A stretch of 64,000 nucleotides of DNA from assembly GCA_964270895.1 (NCBI GenBank), contig OZ185439.1. One strand, written 5' to 3'. This DNA is from Podarcis filfolensis (lineage: Eukaryota). Position numbers and translations under genes: made by a program. The notes beneath the pieces were generated by a model. It did not search any database and had not been told where the DNA came from. It worked only from the letters and a program-made list of their open reading frames with translations. Shown one piece after another: positions 50,201-59,804 of this stretch. Position 1 is the first letter of the stretch, and each line of letters opens with the position of its first letter.

Positions 50201-51742
50201 AGATTCTTTATGAATGTGAATACAACTTGGGAATGCTCCTACATTGCCTTGAATGGGGCTTTCAGTCTTTTGTTTTATTGGCATTGCTAGTGTACTCTTA
50301 ATTGGTGTGTTCTATTCTATAATGTTGCTGTCCAGTAGTCTAGTTAAAGCTTTACATGTAGTTTGTTACCAAGAGGTTTTCAGAATGATACTGTCTTAAG
50401 CAAAATGGCCACTTAATGGGATGTTGTGCAAAAGGGAGCTCAAGGATTGAATCCTGTGTGTATCTTTTGCTTTCTTTTTAGATTCTGCAGGTATCCTTGG
50501 TCTGAAGGGCTACGTGGCAGAGAGGAAAGGAGAGCGAGAAGAGATGCAGGATGCCCATGTCATTCTGAATGATATCACAGAAGAGTGCAGCCCCCTCCCC
50601 TCTCAGATGTGAGTATTATATTTACATATGAGCATATTGACTTGTGTGTGTGTGTGTGTGTGTGTCTGTCCTAGTCCTACTTTGTGCTGTGGATAGCCTG
50701 TTTTGCCATATGTGGACAATAATTTTAAAGTTGCTTTCCAGTTGATTTGGTGTCTGGAAATAGTGTTTTCCTTTTTGAAATGTGTTATGCTAGCAATGGT
50801 TATTAGACATAATATCTATATAATAAATTAGCTCTGGTGTTGGAGATGACATGCCTTTGAGTGTCACACTGGCATAAGAGTGCTGTTGCACTTAGGCCTT
50901 TTTTCTGGGCTCCTAGAAAGCATTTGGTTGGCCATTGTGGGCACAGAATGCTAGACTAAATGGGCAGTTGGTATGACTCGGTGCGATTCTTCTGTTCCTA
51001 TTGAACACACACATTCACACCTCAATGCACCTTTCCTTGCAGGTGTAATTCTGGGAGATACAGCAGAAAATTGGGCCCAAGTTATCCTAAAAGAGCACGT
51101 CAGATATATGCTTTCCATCCTTTTTATTCTGTATTCTTCTAAAGAGGCAAGATCTCAAATTGTGTAACTGTTCTACCAGTGGCATTGGAAAACCTAGGAT
51201 CTGGGTCCTTGTTGATACTGGGGGCTGCTTCACACATTGACAAATTCATAATTTAAAGAGAAATGTGAAACCTGTACGTAGGCAATCCATGTCGGGAATG
51301 AGGACCCTGTTGCTCTCCACATGTTCATGGACTTCAACTCCGGTAATCCCTGACCATTGGCCATGCTGGCTGGGGCTGATGTTGGGAGTCGAACAGCGTC
51401 TGTTAAACACAAGATTGCCTATCCTTGTGGTACATGGATGAGGGAAGGTTGTGCTTTTTGCAGATCCGCTAGTGATGCAAGTTCAGCACATTGTCAGTTT
51501 CTTGGCCACTTTCAGAGAGTGGGGTCAATCTTGTCTTCCTTTACAGTACCCGTGTCTCATACTTTGCTGTCTTTGATGGCCACGGAGGAGTTCGAGCTTC
51601 AAAGTATGCAGCACAGAACCTGCATCAAAACCTGATCAGAAAATTCCCTAAAGGTAAAATTGGGGGTTGGGGAGTGCAGCATGTGTGCAGTATCATTCTC
51701 TGGGGTTTCCTGCTTCCTGAGCGCTAGTTTTAAAGCAGTGTA

Positions 51743-51783
<41 letters not shown>

Positions 51784-53923
51784 ACATTAGTGAGGCTTGC
51801 TCAGAAGAAACTAACTATGTGCTTGTTTGGGTGCCCAGTGCCCAGTAATTTTATAAGCTGCACTGGCACCCAGTCTGTCTCTGAACCCAATTAAAACTCC
51901 TGGTTTCAATTATTTGTTTTCCTTAAAATTGTATCCTGCCTTTATTCCACCTTGAAAGCCAAGCTGGCACACATGTGACTGCAGGGTGGCCTCTCACTCA
52001 GGCATTGGACAGACCCAGGCCTGCTGAGCTTCAACACAATGTCCCTTCACACCGTAGTCCTGGGGTCCTGCTTAAGCTCTAAACAAATTGGAGCCAGGCT
52101 ATCTGAAGGAGTGCCTTCTCTAATATATATTTAACCAAACTATGACGTTGCCTTCAGAAGTCCTATTCTGCAGTCCTGTCCTGTGCCAAGTGAAGGATGG
52201 TGGGTGGCCTCTAGGGAGACAGCCTTCCTTGCAGCGATACCCCAGTTGCAAAATGCCCTTCCTGAACGGTTAATCTGAATTGCAGATTTTCATTTATTTC
52301 ATAAAATTTATACACCGCTTGATTGTAAAGAAAAAACCAATAACAACCATCAGAGCAGTTTACAAAAGGATAAAACCACAAAATCGGGGGGGGGGGGAAT
52401 CAATATCTTAAAACATACAATAAGTTAAAATACTAAAACAGATTAAAGTTCACACCAGCATTTCTAAGCATCTGGGTAGGCTTGGCCAAACAGGAATGTT
52501 GTTAGCAGACACTGGAAATAAGTATTTTAGTCATAATATGTTCTGTAAGCAACATTTCAGGTAATCCTGAGCAGGAATTTTGATTTGTCTAGCACAGAAT
52601 ATGTTTTGAGGGAAGTAGCTAATCACTTCTTTCGTGTTCATAACAGGAGATGTGCCCAGTGTTGAGAAAACAATAAGAAGATGCCTTCTGGACACCTTCA
52701 AATACACAGATGAGGAGTTTCTCAAGCAGGCTTCCAGCCAGTAAGTGTAAACTTTCCAAGCATATAGGCCAGGCAGATGTTTTGGGACTACAATTCCCAT
52801 CATCCCTGACCACTGGTCTTGTTAGCTAGGGCTCATGGGAGTTCTAGGCCAAAAACATCTGGAGGGCCGAGTTTGCCTATGCCTGATATAGGCATTGTGT
52901 TAAGCGTATTTGGGACTGTATCACTTCAGAAAAGATGTTTCCCCTTGTCAGATGTTCCCTACAGATGAGAAAGAAAGTTGCCAAGTAGCGTTAAAACAAA
53001 GCCACCTTCATAACGCCCCCCCCCCCGCCTTTTTTGCAGAGCCAGTGTGGTATAGTGGTTAAAGTGTCAGACTAGGACCTGGGATCAGATCCTCACACAC
53101 TTCCACTCACCTAAAGCCAGTCACTGTCTCTCAGCCAAACCTACCTCACAGGATTAATTGAGGCAGTGAGAACCATTTATGCCACCTTGAGCACGTTGGC
53201 AAAAAAAAGTGGGCTATAAATGCAATAAATAGTAATAATTTGATAACTATTTTTCCATTGCAGGAGTCTCTGTGGGTGGGTGTATACATACTCAATTGTA
53301 CACTCCTCCATGTGAACTCAACCATTTCAAAATGCAAGGGGGGGCTATAGCACAGGTGTGTTCTTAAACTGGTGAGTGGTCCATTAATTCCCCCTCTTTT
53401 TTGCATTGGGCTATCAGTCTCTATATTTGTGCAGCATGACTCTTGGAACAATTTGGAACTTGCTTGAACTCACTTTTGTTTCCCCTTTCTTGTACTTACA
53501 GGAAGCCTGCCTGGAAGGATGGCTCCACAGCAACCTGTGTGCTGGTGATTGATAATACTTTGTATATTGCCAACCTTGGAGACAGCAGGGTAAGCAGCGC
53601 TAGAAGTTGTGGGTCCAGTTTTAATACATTTTTCTTGTTACTGAGTGAGGCTAATCTTTTCAGTTCCACCAAAAGATGCTATAGCACCACCAAATTTATT
53701 GTTGGGAGGAAACGTGGTTTGGAGCAGCTCTGTGATCCCTTGGATTTTCTTGATGAACTCTAGATGGCGTTACAGACTCAGTGGTGGTGTCTTCCATCAA
53801 TTTTTAAGATGTTCTCAGCTCAAGCCAATTTCAGGCTCTGGCCATTTTGTGTTTGAAATTTGTTGTTAGCCACCCTGAGCCCCGTTTTCTGAACCAGGAA
53901 GGGCGGGGTATAAATAAAAATAA

Positions 53924-53961
<38 letters not shown>

Positions 53962-56528
53962 GGCTGGAGGCATGCAATAGAGTGACACTACTTAGAAATT
54001 GGGACGTGGGTGGCACTGTGGGTTAAACCACAGAGCCTAGGACTTGCCAATCAGAAGGTCAGCAGTTCGAATCCCCGCGACGGGGTAAGCTCCCGTTGCT
54101 CGGTCCCTGCTCCTGCCAACCTAGCAGTTCAAAAGCACGACAAAGTGCAAGTAGATAAATAGGTACTGCTCCGGCGGGAAGGTAAACGGCATTTCCGTGC
54201 ACTGCTCTGGTTTGCCAGAAGCGGCTTAGTCATGCTGGCCACATGACCTGGAAGCTGTACTCCGGCTCCCTCGGCCAATAAAGCGAGATGAGTGCCGCAA
54301 CCCCAGAGTCTGTCACGACTGGACCTAATGGTCAGGGGTCCCTTTACCTTTACCTTTACTTAGAAATTGTTTAAGGGTTTGCTTAATGGAAAGTTATCCT
54401 ATATTGCCCCAAGCAGAGACTTGCAATCCTTGCTACTTGCTCATGAGGGTTCTTCTGTCAGTGCAGGCGCTTCTGTGTCGCTACAATGAAGAAAGTCAGA
54501 AACATACAGCCTTAAGTCTCAGTAAAGAACATAACCCAACTCAATACGACGAGCGGATGAGGATCCAAAAGGCTGGAGGGAATGTCAGGTAACAGGTTTC
54601 TCTTCTCTTCCTCCAATAGCCCTTCAGCAACATTTGGGGTTTTTAGCTGCAATCGCCCCCTCCGGCTGCCCAATGTAAATGCTCATTTGAACCGTGGAAA
54701 ATTCTTATTAACTGTTAGCTGTAGACTAAATTTCTCAGAAAAAGTCCTGCAATGGCACATGGGAATTTGCCATACTGAACAAGTTCAACCAAATTTTAAG
54801 TGAATGCATAACTAGGGCAGGTGTTCAGATCATATTAACAAATTAACATTCAAGTGCCAATTTGGGATCAAAACATATTGCTTTCTCTTGAGTTCTATAA
54901 TTATATGGTAAAGTTGCAAAAGGAATTGTGTAGACTACTTGTGAAGCATCTAGCTAGAGTCTGTAGTAAACTGGACTCACCTTGGTCCCAAATACTTCTA
55001 GCTCAGAAGTGGGGAACCCTTGGCCCTCCAGGTGCTGTTGGAATATCTCTCCCATCTTCTCTGAACGTTGGCAATGCTGTGTGGGACTGCCGGGAGTTGA
55101 GCTCGCAACAACACCGCAGGGCCACAGGTTCCGCATCCCTGTTCTAGCCTGACAGCTTTGGGGATTAAACCCAGTGGCATGCTGAAATAGGCTCTCTCTC
55201 CCCACTTTTGTAGGGAAGGACGTGTCTTGGGTGTCCTGGAAGTCTCTCGCTCCATTGGGGATGGGCAGTACAAGCGCTTTGGGGTCATCTCTGTGCCAGA
55301 TGTCAAGCGCTGCCAGCTTACACACAACGACAGGTAAAACCTGACACAAGTACACAAATGCAGAGAATGCAAGTGGGCTGTCTTTAGAATAAACCGTTAA
55401 ATCACTCCTTGTGTTCTGTTTTGTTTCTAGGTCCTAATCCCCCCACCCCCCATAAAACTTATCACTTATTGCTCTTCCAGGTTTATCCTCTTGGCTTGTG
55501 ATGGTCTCTTCAAAGTCTTCTCACCAGATGAAGCTGTGAACTTCATTATGTCTTGTTTGGAGGTAAGGGGAAGATAGGCTTGAGTGAGAAGAGACAGGGC
55601 TGCTTGTTAGGAAAGGAATATGGAAGAGGAACTCACTCTTGTTCCTTGGCTGGCATGTAAGACATCCACTTGATGGGTTGCGTGCCCTGATTCAACCAAG
55701 CAGGGACCGTGTAAACTTTAATATATGTCTAGTTGCTGTTTCAGGTGGGAAGGGGGCAGAAGAGAGATGGTCCCTCTGTCCCCATAGCAGCAGGTGGCGG
55801 GGGGCTTGTGGCGAGTTTAAAAACACACCAAAGCATTCCTTTCAGATGACAGTGCAGGTAGCTAATTGCAAGACTGAGTAGAGGCCCTTTTCTGAGTGTT
55901 TTTGTTTAAATGAGATGAGGTTGTTCGCTGTGAAGGAAAGAGCCCCTTCACTGGTGACTTCCCAGCCATGGAATGCCTTCCCCGCAGAAAAACTCCATTG
56001 GCGTCTATGTTGTGGCCTTTTCAGAGCCAGCTGAAGACATTTATACACCCCCCCCCCCAGCTTTCTAGTTCTAAAGCCATATTTTTAGTGCTTAATAGAT
56101 ACTTGGCACTACTGTATCCTTGGCTGCTGATTTTACTTTTATTACAATACTTTTTTAAAAAAGGGTTTCTAACTTTATGCCCATTTTTGTACTTTATAGT
56201 GTACCAGGGGTTGTGGGTGTTGAAACAAGTCCCTATACTTCCCAGATATTTTTTTGTGAACGAATGATATACAAACATTGTAAATAATTAGAAGTTACTC
56301 TGGGAATGAGACATGGGCACTGAAGTGCTCTCAGCAAATGAAGTGAAAAGAAACTGCCCCGCATTTGTGTATTCTGCTTCCCCACAGGACAAAACGATTC
56401 CCACGAGAGATGCCAAATCAGCTGCTGATGCTCGGTATGAAGCAGCCTGTAACAGGCTGGCCAACAAGGCTGTGCAGCGAGGCTCTGCAGATAACGTCAC
56501 AGTTGTGGTGGTCCGGATTGAGCAGTGA
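46724..56528 (+). CDS. ILKAP: Integrin-linked kinase-associated serine/threonine phosphatase 2C (PPM/PP2C family), complete, 394 aa
   Basis: 12 exons, all GT-AG: 46724-46784, 47455-47520, 48678-48734, 49209-49328, 50482-50608, 51547-51653, 52647-52740, 53502-53589, 54467-54588, 55214-55333, 55481-55562, 56388-56528 (1185 nt). Starts MDLFGDLPE; PP2C motifs EMQDAH, VFDGHGG, DGSTA, NLGDSR, SRSIGD, LACDGLF and GSADNVT all intact. Confidence 0.97.
47455..47520 (+). CDS. ILKAP: ILKAP exon 2 [21 protein letters not shown]
   Basis: tttcag|...ttg|gtatga; 66 nt. Confidence 0.9.
48043..48150. mobile_element. Degenerate palindromic MITE copy
   Basis: cctccagatgttgctgaactaca...tagttcagtaatgcctggagg. Confidence 0.6.
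48678..48734 (+). CDS. ILKAP: ILKAP exon 3 [18 protein letters not shown]
   Basis: ttttag|...cag|gtgagc; 57 nt. Confidence 0.93.
49209..49328 (+). CDS. ILKAP: ILKAP exon 4 SHPAEQ...[24 protein letters not shown]
   Basis: cctcag|...aag|gttttc; 120 nt. Confidence 0.9.
50482..50608 (+). CDS. ILKAP: ILKAP exon 5 [41 protein letters not shown]
   Basis: ttttag|...gat|gtgagt; 127 nt. Confidence 0.94.
50644..50664. repeat. (TG)n microsatellite
   Basis: About 10 TG units just after the ILKAP exon 5 donor. Confidence 0.95.
51279..51427. mobile_element. Degenerate palindromic MITE copy
   Basis: ggacttcaactcc...ccctgaccattggccatgctggctggggctgatg loop shared with the 1726 and 19803 copies. Confidence 0.65.
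51547..51653 (+). CDS. ILKAP: ILKAP exon 6 [35 protein letters not shown]
   Basis: ttacag|...aag|gtaaaa; 107 nt. Confidence 0.96.
51743..51783. repeat. (CTG)n microsatellite, ~13-14 units
   Basis: Uninterrupted gct repeat in ILKAP intron 6. Confidence 0.97.
52290..52525 (-). mobile_element. LINE (L2-like) 3' end, reverse
   Basis: tttatttcataaaatttatacaccgcttg start and aaacaggaatgtt..agcagac typical of reversed LINE tails seen elsewhere in the window. Confidence 0.45.
52647..52740 (+). CDS. ILKAP: ILKAP exon 7 [30 protein letters not shown](Q)
   Basis: taacag|...cca|gtaagt; 94 nt. Confidence 0.95.
52757..52885. mobile_element. Palindromic MITE family copy (left arm partly deleted)
   Basis: cagatgttttgggactacaattcccatcatccct / gggctcatgggagttctaggccaaaaacatctggagggccgagtttgcctatgcctg. 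Confidence 0.8.
53036..53240 (+). mobile_element. Squam3/MIR-like SINE, degenerate
   Basis: gccagtgtggtatagtggttaaagtgtcagact A box, gccagtcactgtctctcagccaaacctacctcacagg core. Confidence 0.7.
53502..53589 (+). CDS. ILKAP: ILKAP exon 8 [29 protein letters not shown]
   Basis: ttacag|...agg|gtaagc; 88 nt. Confidence 0.96.
53830..53960 (+). mobile_element. LINE (L2-like) 3' end with (TTA)n tail
   Basis: ttagccaccctgagccc...ggaagggcggggtataaataaa plus ~12 TTA units. Confidence 0.55.
54001..54358 (+). mobile_element. Sauria SINE
   Basis: Full element with (ACCTTT)3 tail; TSD tacttagaaatt at 53989-54000 and 54357-54368. Confidence 0.92.
54467..54588 (+). CDS. ILKAP: ILKAP exon 9 [40 protein letters not shown](R)
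   Basis: gtgcag|...cag|gtaaca; 122 nt. Confidence 0.95.
55214..55333 (+). CDS. ILKAP: ILKAP exon 10 [39 protein letters not shown](R)
   Basis: ttgtag|...cag|gtaaaa; 120 nt. Confidence 0.96.
55481..55562 (+). CDS. ILKAP: ILKAP exon 11 [27 protein letters not shown]
   Basis: ttccag|...gag|gtaagg; 82 nt. Confidence 0.96.
55950..56270 (+). mobile_element. LINE (L2-like) 3' fragment, degenerate
   Basis: ccatggaatgccttcccc...ccttttcagagccagctgaagaca motif typical of L2 3' ends. Confidence 0.45.
56388..56528 (+). CDS. ILKAP: ILKAP exon 12 [46 protein letters not shown]
   Basis: ccacag|...cag tga; 141 nt. Confidence 0.96.
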   Translation, partial: DKTIPTRDAKSAADARYEAACNRLANKAVQRGSADNVTVVVVRIEQ

Positions 56529-56662
56529 TGCCGAGAATAGGTGCAAGTGAGGTCCTTAGCAGCATGCAGTGGATTTAATGGAACAAGTTAGTGTGCCTGT
56601 GAGTGTGTATGTGTGTATGTAGGGTTTCGGTTGTGTTTCCTCCCCGAATGCTCTTATTTGTA

Positions 56663-56668
56663 AATAAA
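56663..56668 (+). terminator. Putative ILKAP polyadenylation signal
   Basis: AATAAA 135 nt after the stop, followed by U/GU-rich sequence. Confidence 0.7.
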
Positions 56669-57750
56669 AGGGTTTTTTTCTAACTGTTCAAGTTGGTTCA
56701 TTGTTTCATAGAATCACAGTTGGATGGAATGGGGCTGTCTAATCTAACTTCTTAGATAAAATAGTGTACAGTTGATGCTCATAGTGCTTGACTTGCACAA
56801 GGCACCTTGTTTTTTGTATTCCAGCACCTTAAGGACAAAATACATGCATTTTGTGCTGGTTACGTAGAGGAAGGAAATGATGTATTGAGCTTCATGAGTT
56901 AAAAGATGCTCCAGATTTCAAAACAGTTCAGTACAGCTTGAGAGAACTAACTATGCATTCGTAGTTGCCTTTCAGGAATTTCCCTTTCAGGCAGTTGTAA
57001 TAATCCATCTGGAGTTTTAAAAAGCAGCTGTAAATTTTGCATGGAAATTGCTAAAAGAGGATGACGCAGGAAAGTTTTTGGGGTGTGATCTCACACCAAA
57101 ACCCACTGGATTGCTCTCTGCACCTCTTTAGAGGGGATACTCTTGCTGTTGGCAAAAGGTAGGTATCAAAAGCTAAACTTAAAAAGATGGTGAAAAGCTG
57201 GTATGTACCTTGGTTGTCATCTGTCAATAGACAGTAAAGGTTGTGCACACTTGTACCAGTATACTCACTCCTGAGTAAATGGGAATACGCCAGGCTCTTA
57301 GATGTAGATTCTACATCTGCTATGTGATCAGATGGGGATAGAAAAGTAAGCCACACTTTTGTGATGCTGAGACTTGTATGTGACGTTTTTGGGAGGAGGG
57401 GTCTAATATTTTTCATAGCAAATAAGGGCTATGTCATTATGAGTTTAAAAGGTTGCAGTTTGCAAAAGATGAAACACGAACTCTGGGAGGTTTTTAAGGC
57501 TGCTTTATAACTGCATCTACATGACTTGAGGCTTCTACACTGAGTCACTGGCCCTTGAATGAGCTGACTTTGGGCAAGCAATGGCACACACTCCTATGCA
57601 AGTCGCCACTTGATGTTTTCAGTCAAGTGGTGAGCATGTTTGAGTTCAGTCACCAGATGTCCTCTGTGATCATAGATCTGTTGTCTTAAACAGTTCGTAG
57701 CAGTTGCTTTAGCAAAAGAAGCCAATTAATACAAGGGAAAGCATATATTT

Positions 57751-57756
57751 TTTAAT
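57751..57756 (-). terminator. Putative ERFE polyadenylation signal (ATTAAA variant)
   Basis: tttaat on + is ATTAAA on -, at the end of an AU-rich stretch ~1.95 kb after the ERFE stop. Confidence 0.4.
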
Positions 57757-59705
57757 TAGAAACTGTCTTGAAACCAATCCATTATAATTTACAGAAAGTA
57801 CACCACGGTGCAACAGTTTGTGTCAGTGCATGCACATACACCCAGCCAATCGGAACGAAAGATAAACACGTCTGAGAATGCAAGAACAGCTCTAAAACTA
57901 AGGGTGTGTGGTACGTGTGACCTTCTCCAGCACTATTCTGTATTGCAAGTCTATGAAAAAACACCACTTTTTCTCTTACAGCCTTGGTTATTTTGTATGT
58001 TCCTTCTCTAAGTAAATAAAATGCATTTAACAGCCAGTGCATAAATATATTTCTTAATATAGTGCAATAAATAGACCTGCTTATAATAGAAGCTTCAGTG
58101 GGAAGGCTAATGCTGATTGTGCTGCAGGGCAGGGCACCACCGTGGCCTTATCAGGCCGTGTGGCATTTCCAAAGTGGAAAGGGGTGGGTGTATACAGTTT
58201 ACTGAGAATTTGCCTTTTCTGAAACCTAACAACTTAATATTTGGCTGCCCAGAATCCTTTTCAGTATGCTCTGCCTCTTAAGAATTTTTTTGGCTTGGAG
58301 GGAAATAAACTTTCCCTGTTCCTTATTCTTCGAGAGGAAAAAGGAATGAAGGGCAAGGGGAGCAGCTTACTTGTCAGTGTTACTCTATATTAAAACTAAT
58401 CCTTGCATGTAGAAAGATTCAGCTATCAAGAACTCCTTGCTAGATTTCTTGATGCAGTCAGTTTTTCCACAGCACTATGTACTGACTGAAACATGGCTTT
58501 CTGCATTCTGAACTGTCCTATTTTAAACTGATCTATTTAAACTGATCTTGTAAGAAATTATCAAAGAAACAAATCTTGTTGAAGCAGAGGTGGTACTCCC
58601 TTATGAAAATTTCCACGATGACTTGCAGGGACTGATTATATAAAATAGAGCAGCTGGGGCAACCTGTTACACAAGTAACTTCTCAGGCTAAAATAGATAA
58701 GGGTATGTGTTCATCCCACACACTTAAAAAAACCACACAGGAGCAGTTCTAATGCCTGCCTACGTGCCCAAGGTTACAATAATAGAAGAAGAGGGTGGTG
58801 CTGCATTCGCAATTCTTGGATATCGTACTTTAGGGTGTACACAGCCTCAGAGAAAATAAGGACAGTTACTAAGAAATGGAAATAACCATCTCTTCCCTCG
58901 TCACGTAGTTAGGTTCAAAATAAGTGGCACTAAAGCTGGGCACTCTGTCCATTGGGCTTCATTCTAAATGGACAGTGCAATCTAATTGACCTAAGGCAAT
59001 AGAAAGCCTCTGGCTAACAGTGGACTCAATAAATAGCCTACCATCTCTTCCCTTTCTTTTTAAAACCCTGCTCTAAATATGGTAGCCAATCTACCCACCG
59101 TTCATTGAAAGTTAGCAATGGATATTGGGCACCATGCAGCACAAAGCAATAGGCAAATTCTGCTTGTGGTTGAGGAAGTCACCAGACAGGCAGAAAATCA
59201 ACAAAAGTTAGCACTTTTAACTTAGAAGACTTATGAACCAATGAGATACTAAAAGATATTCCAAAAAATATATAATCCTTTGCTAAAGGCTTTTCTGTTG
59301 AGCACAAAACAGCATGTATGCTTCCATGAAGAACCTAGTTTTTGAGAACCACTGCAAACAGATTGCATAATTTTAAGCATCAAACAACAGACATTCAGGA
59401 ATAGGAGGAACTTCTAGCTGAGTTGCATCAACCCCATTAACACTTGATGCTTCCTTTTATAAGTTTGTTCACCATCCTTTTAATCAGTTTTACTAGATGC
59501 TGGGCCATTTTTCTCAAATCCAATTCTTCACCTTGGTATGCTTAACCAGTAAACAGCAGTGGAGGTTTGCTAGCTTTGCATCAACAGCTATAGTGCTTTG
59601 TTTTGGTGCTTACCAGCTCCAGGCACTTGATTGAATGAGAGGAATGTAGCATAGGGGCTGATGAAAAGCAAGGTTTCACCTTCAGAATAGTTGGCTGTGA
59701 GCCGA

Positions 59706-59804
59706 TCAAATGCCCAAGAGGACAGCACCAAAGTCAGACCCACTTCGAACAGTGAGGGTGGATCCTGTTGCATTGTCTACAAAAACTGAAGCATACTGGC
59801 CAGC
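59706..59804 (-). CDS. ERFE: ERFE last coding exon [32 protein letters not shown]
   Basis: ttccag|gctggc...att tga on -; 99 nt. Confidence 0.93.
   Translation of the reverse strand, partial: AGQYASVFVDNATGSTLTVRSGSDFGAVLLGI

Noticed and set aside
57730-59705. Iron-responsive element in the ERFE 3' UTR
   Set aside because: By-eye check of minus-strand CAGUGN loops (e.g. near 59350) found no 5-bp upper stem with a C bulge; a covariance-model scan would be definitive.
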